Source: Parcubacteria group bacterium
Lineage (GTDB): Bacteria > Patescibacteriota > Minisyncoccia > Phycocordibacterales > CALRBT01
Assembly: GCA_943354475.1 (NCBI GenBank)
Contig: CALRBT010000002.1
Location: forward strand, 16,361 to 80,360
Direction of reading: 5' to 3'
Length of the DNA stretch: 64,000 nt
Positions 62,960-64,000 of this stretch are shown here, in pieces. The notes beneath the pieces are model-generated. The model made no database searches. It saw only the letters and a list, made by a program, of their open reading frames with translations, and was not told the DNA's origin. The translations under genes and the position numbers were made by a program. Each line of letters opens with the position of its first letter. Within the stretch, counting starts at the first letter, position 1.

Positions 62960-63409
62960 TTAGCTAAGAATACGATTAGCGATTTTAACAACTTCTCTAA
63001 GTACTTCAGAAGGGATGGAGCTTGCTTTAACAATGTACCCATCAACCTTTAAGGCTGAAGCTCTGTCGATATCTGACTGTTGACCTTGATTTGAAAGGAT
63101 AATCACCACAGATTTTTTTGATAAATTTAACTTCTTAACTTGCTCCAATAGTTCAAGCCCATCCATTCCAGGCATCACTAAGTCAAACATGAAAATATCT
63201 GGCTCATAACCACCCTTAAGTTTTTCAAGAGCATCTTCGCCCCGCAGTGCTGTTGTCACTTGAAGCCCTCCCTCAGTAAACTTTACTGAATACATATCAA
63301 GGAGAAACTTATCGTCATCTACCATAAGCACTTTGTATTTTTTCTCTGGAGTAGACCCTCCCACGTTGCCGGTGGTAGCGTTTTCTTTTACTTCTTTTGT
63401 ATCATCCAT
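62960..63409 (-). CDS. Single-domain response regulator
   Basis: VDDD, FDLVMPGMDG, YIVK. Confidence 0.9.
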   Translation of the reverse strand: MDDTKEVKENATTGNVGGSTPEKKYKVLMVDDDKFLLDMYSVKFTEGGLQVTTALRGEDALEKLKGGYEPDIFMFDLVMPGMDGLELLEQVKKLNLSKKSVVIILSNQGQQSDIDRASALKVDGYIVKASSIPSEVLREVVKIANRILS

Positions 63410-63473
63410 AGATTAAGTTGATTAGAAATAAAAGAAAATTCGTTACAAGCTTAAGTAAGTACTATTAAGTATA

Positions 63474-64000
63474 CTATAGTGTATTAATTTCTTCAAAAGG
63501 GATTTCCTTGTTAAAAGCTTTCAAGATACCGTCTTCTCGCATCGTCAACATTCCCTTGCTTCGTAACTGTTTGAAGATGCTTGGCTCACTGGCATCCTTA
63601 AGAATTGAGCTCTCAATCTCTTTATCCATTTTGAAAATTTCAAAGACACCCATACGACCACGGGTTCCGCTGACACATTCGTCTGTTGGTATTGCCTCGT
63701 ATACATTTTCGCCAATAATAACCTTCTTACGAAATTCATCCGGAAGGTCTTCGAACTGCTTTTCAAATCTAATTTTAAGTGCGCCTTCAACAGGCACTGC
63801 CTTGCCACCACCAGGACAAAGTACTTTTACGAGTCGTTGAGCAATCGTGAGGATAAGTGTTGGTGCAATCAAGTATGGCTCCACACCCATATCAACCAAA
63901 CGAGGGATTACTCCGACTGCAGAGTTAGTGTGGATAGTTGAGAGCACGAGGTGACCAGTAAGTGCCGCCTGGATAGCCAGCTCCGCGGTCTCTTTATCTC
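63474..64000 (-). CDS. pilB: PilB/GspE ATPase (5' end outside window)
   Basis: [27 protein letters not shown]. Confidence 0.9.
   Translation of the reverse strand, partial: DKETAELAIQAALTGHLVLSTIHTNSAVGVIPRLVDMGVEPYLIAPTLILTIAQRLVKVLCPGGGKAVPVEGALKIRFEKQFEDLPDEFRKKVIIGENVYEAIPTDECVSGTRGRMGVFEIFKMDKEIESSILKDASEPSIFKQLRSKGMLTMREDGILKAFNKEIPFEEINTL

Overview
Gene content, compact intergenic regions and the type IV pilus cluster suggest a Patescibacteria/CPR (Parcubacteria-like) chromosome. Most of the window is housekeeping: pth, lepB, ftsA/ftsZ, tsaD, valS, lepA, murJ, rnpB, a class II RNR, groES/groEL, secG, rnj, typA, pil genes and six tRNAs. The standout locus is 43.25-46.71 kb. There, a 508-aa IS110/Nop-domain (Tas-like) protein with an apparently inactivated RuvC sits inside a split array of 27 stem-loop units (15 downstream, 12 upstream). 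On the minus strand each unit reads stem-CGA-N9-UG-hairpin-CGA-N9-UG-stem, giving two variable 9-nt spacers, which is the TIGR-Tas architecture in stem-loop form. The units follow a repeating stem-family order punctuated by four spacerless double-hairpin modules, with a candidate promoter and a terminator at the ends. An orphan RNA polymerase alpha-CTD protein lies next to it. Other oddities are self-contained Proteobacteria-like cassettes (GcrA, a beta-barrel-like protein), palindromic elements built from tRNA 3' ends, and dispersed structured repeats. All calls are by eye; no searches were run.
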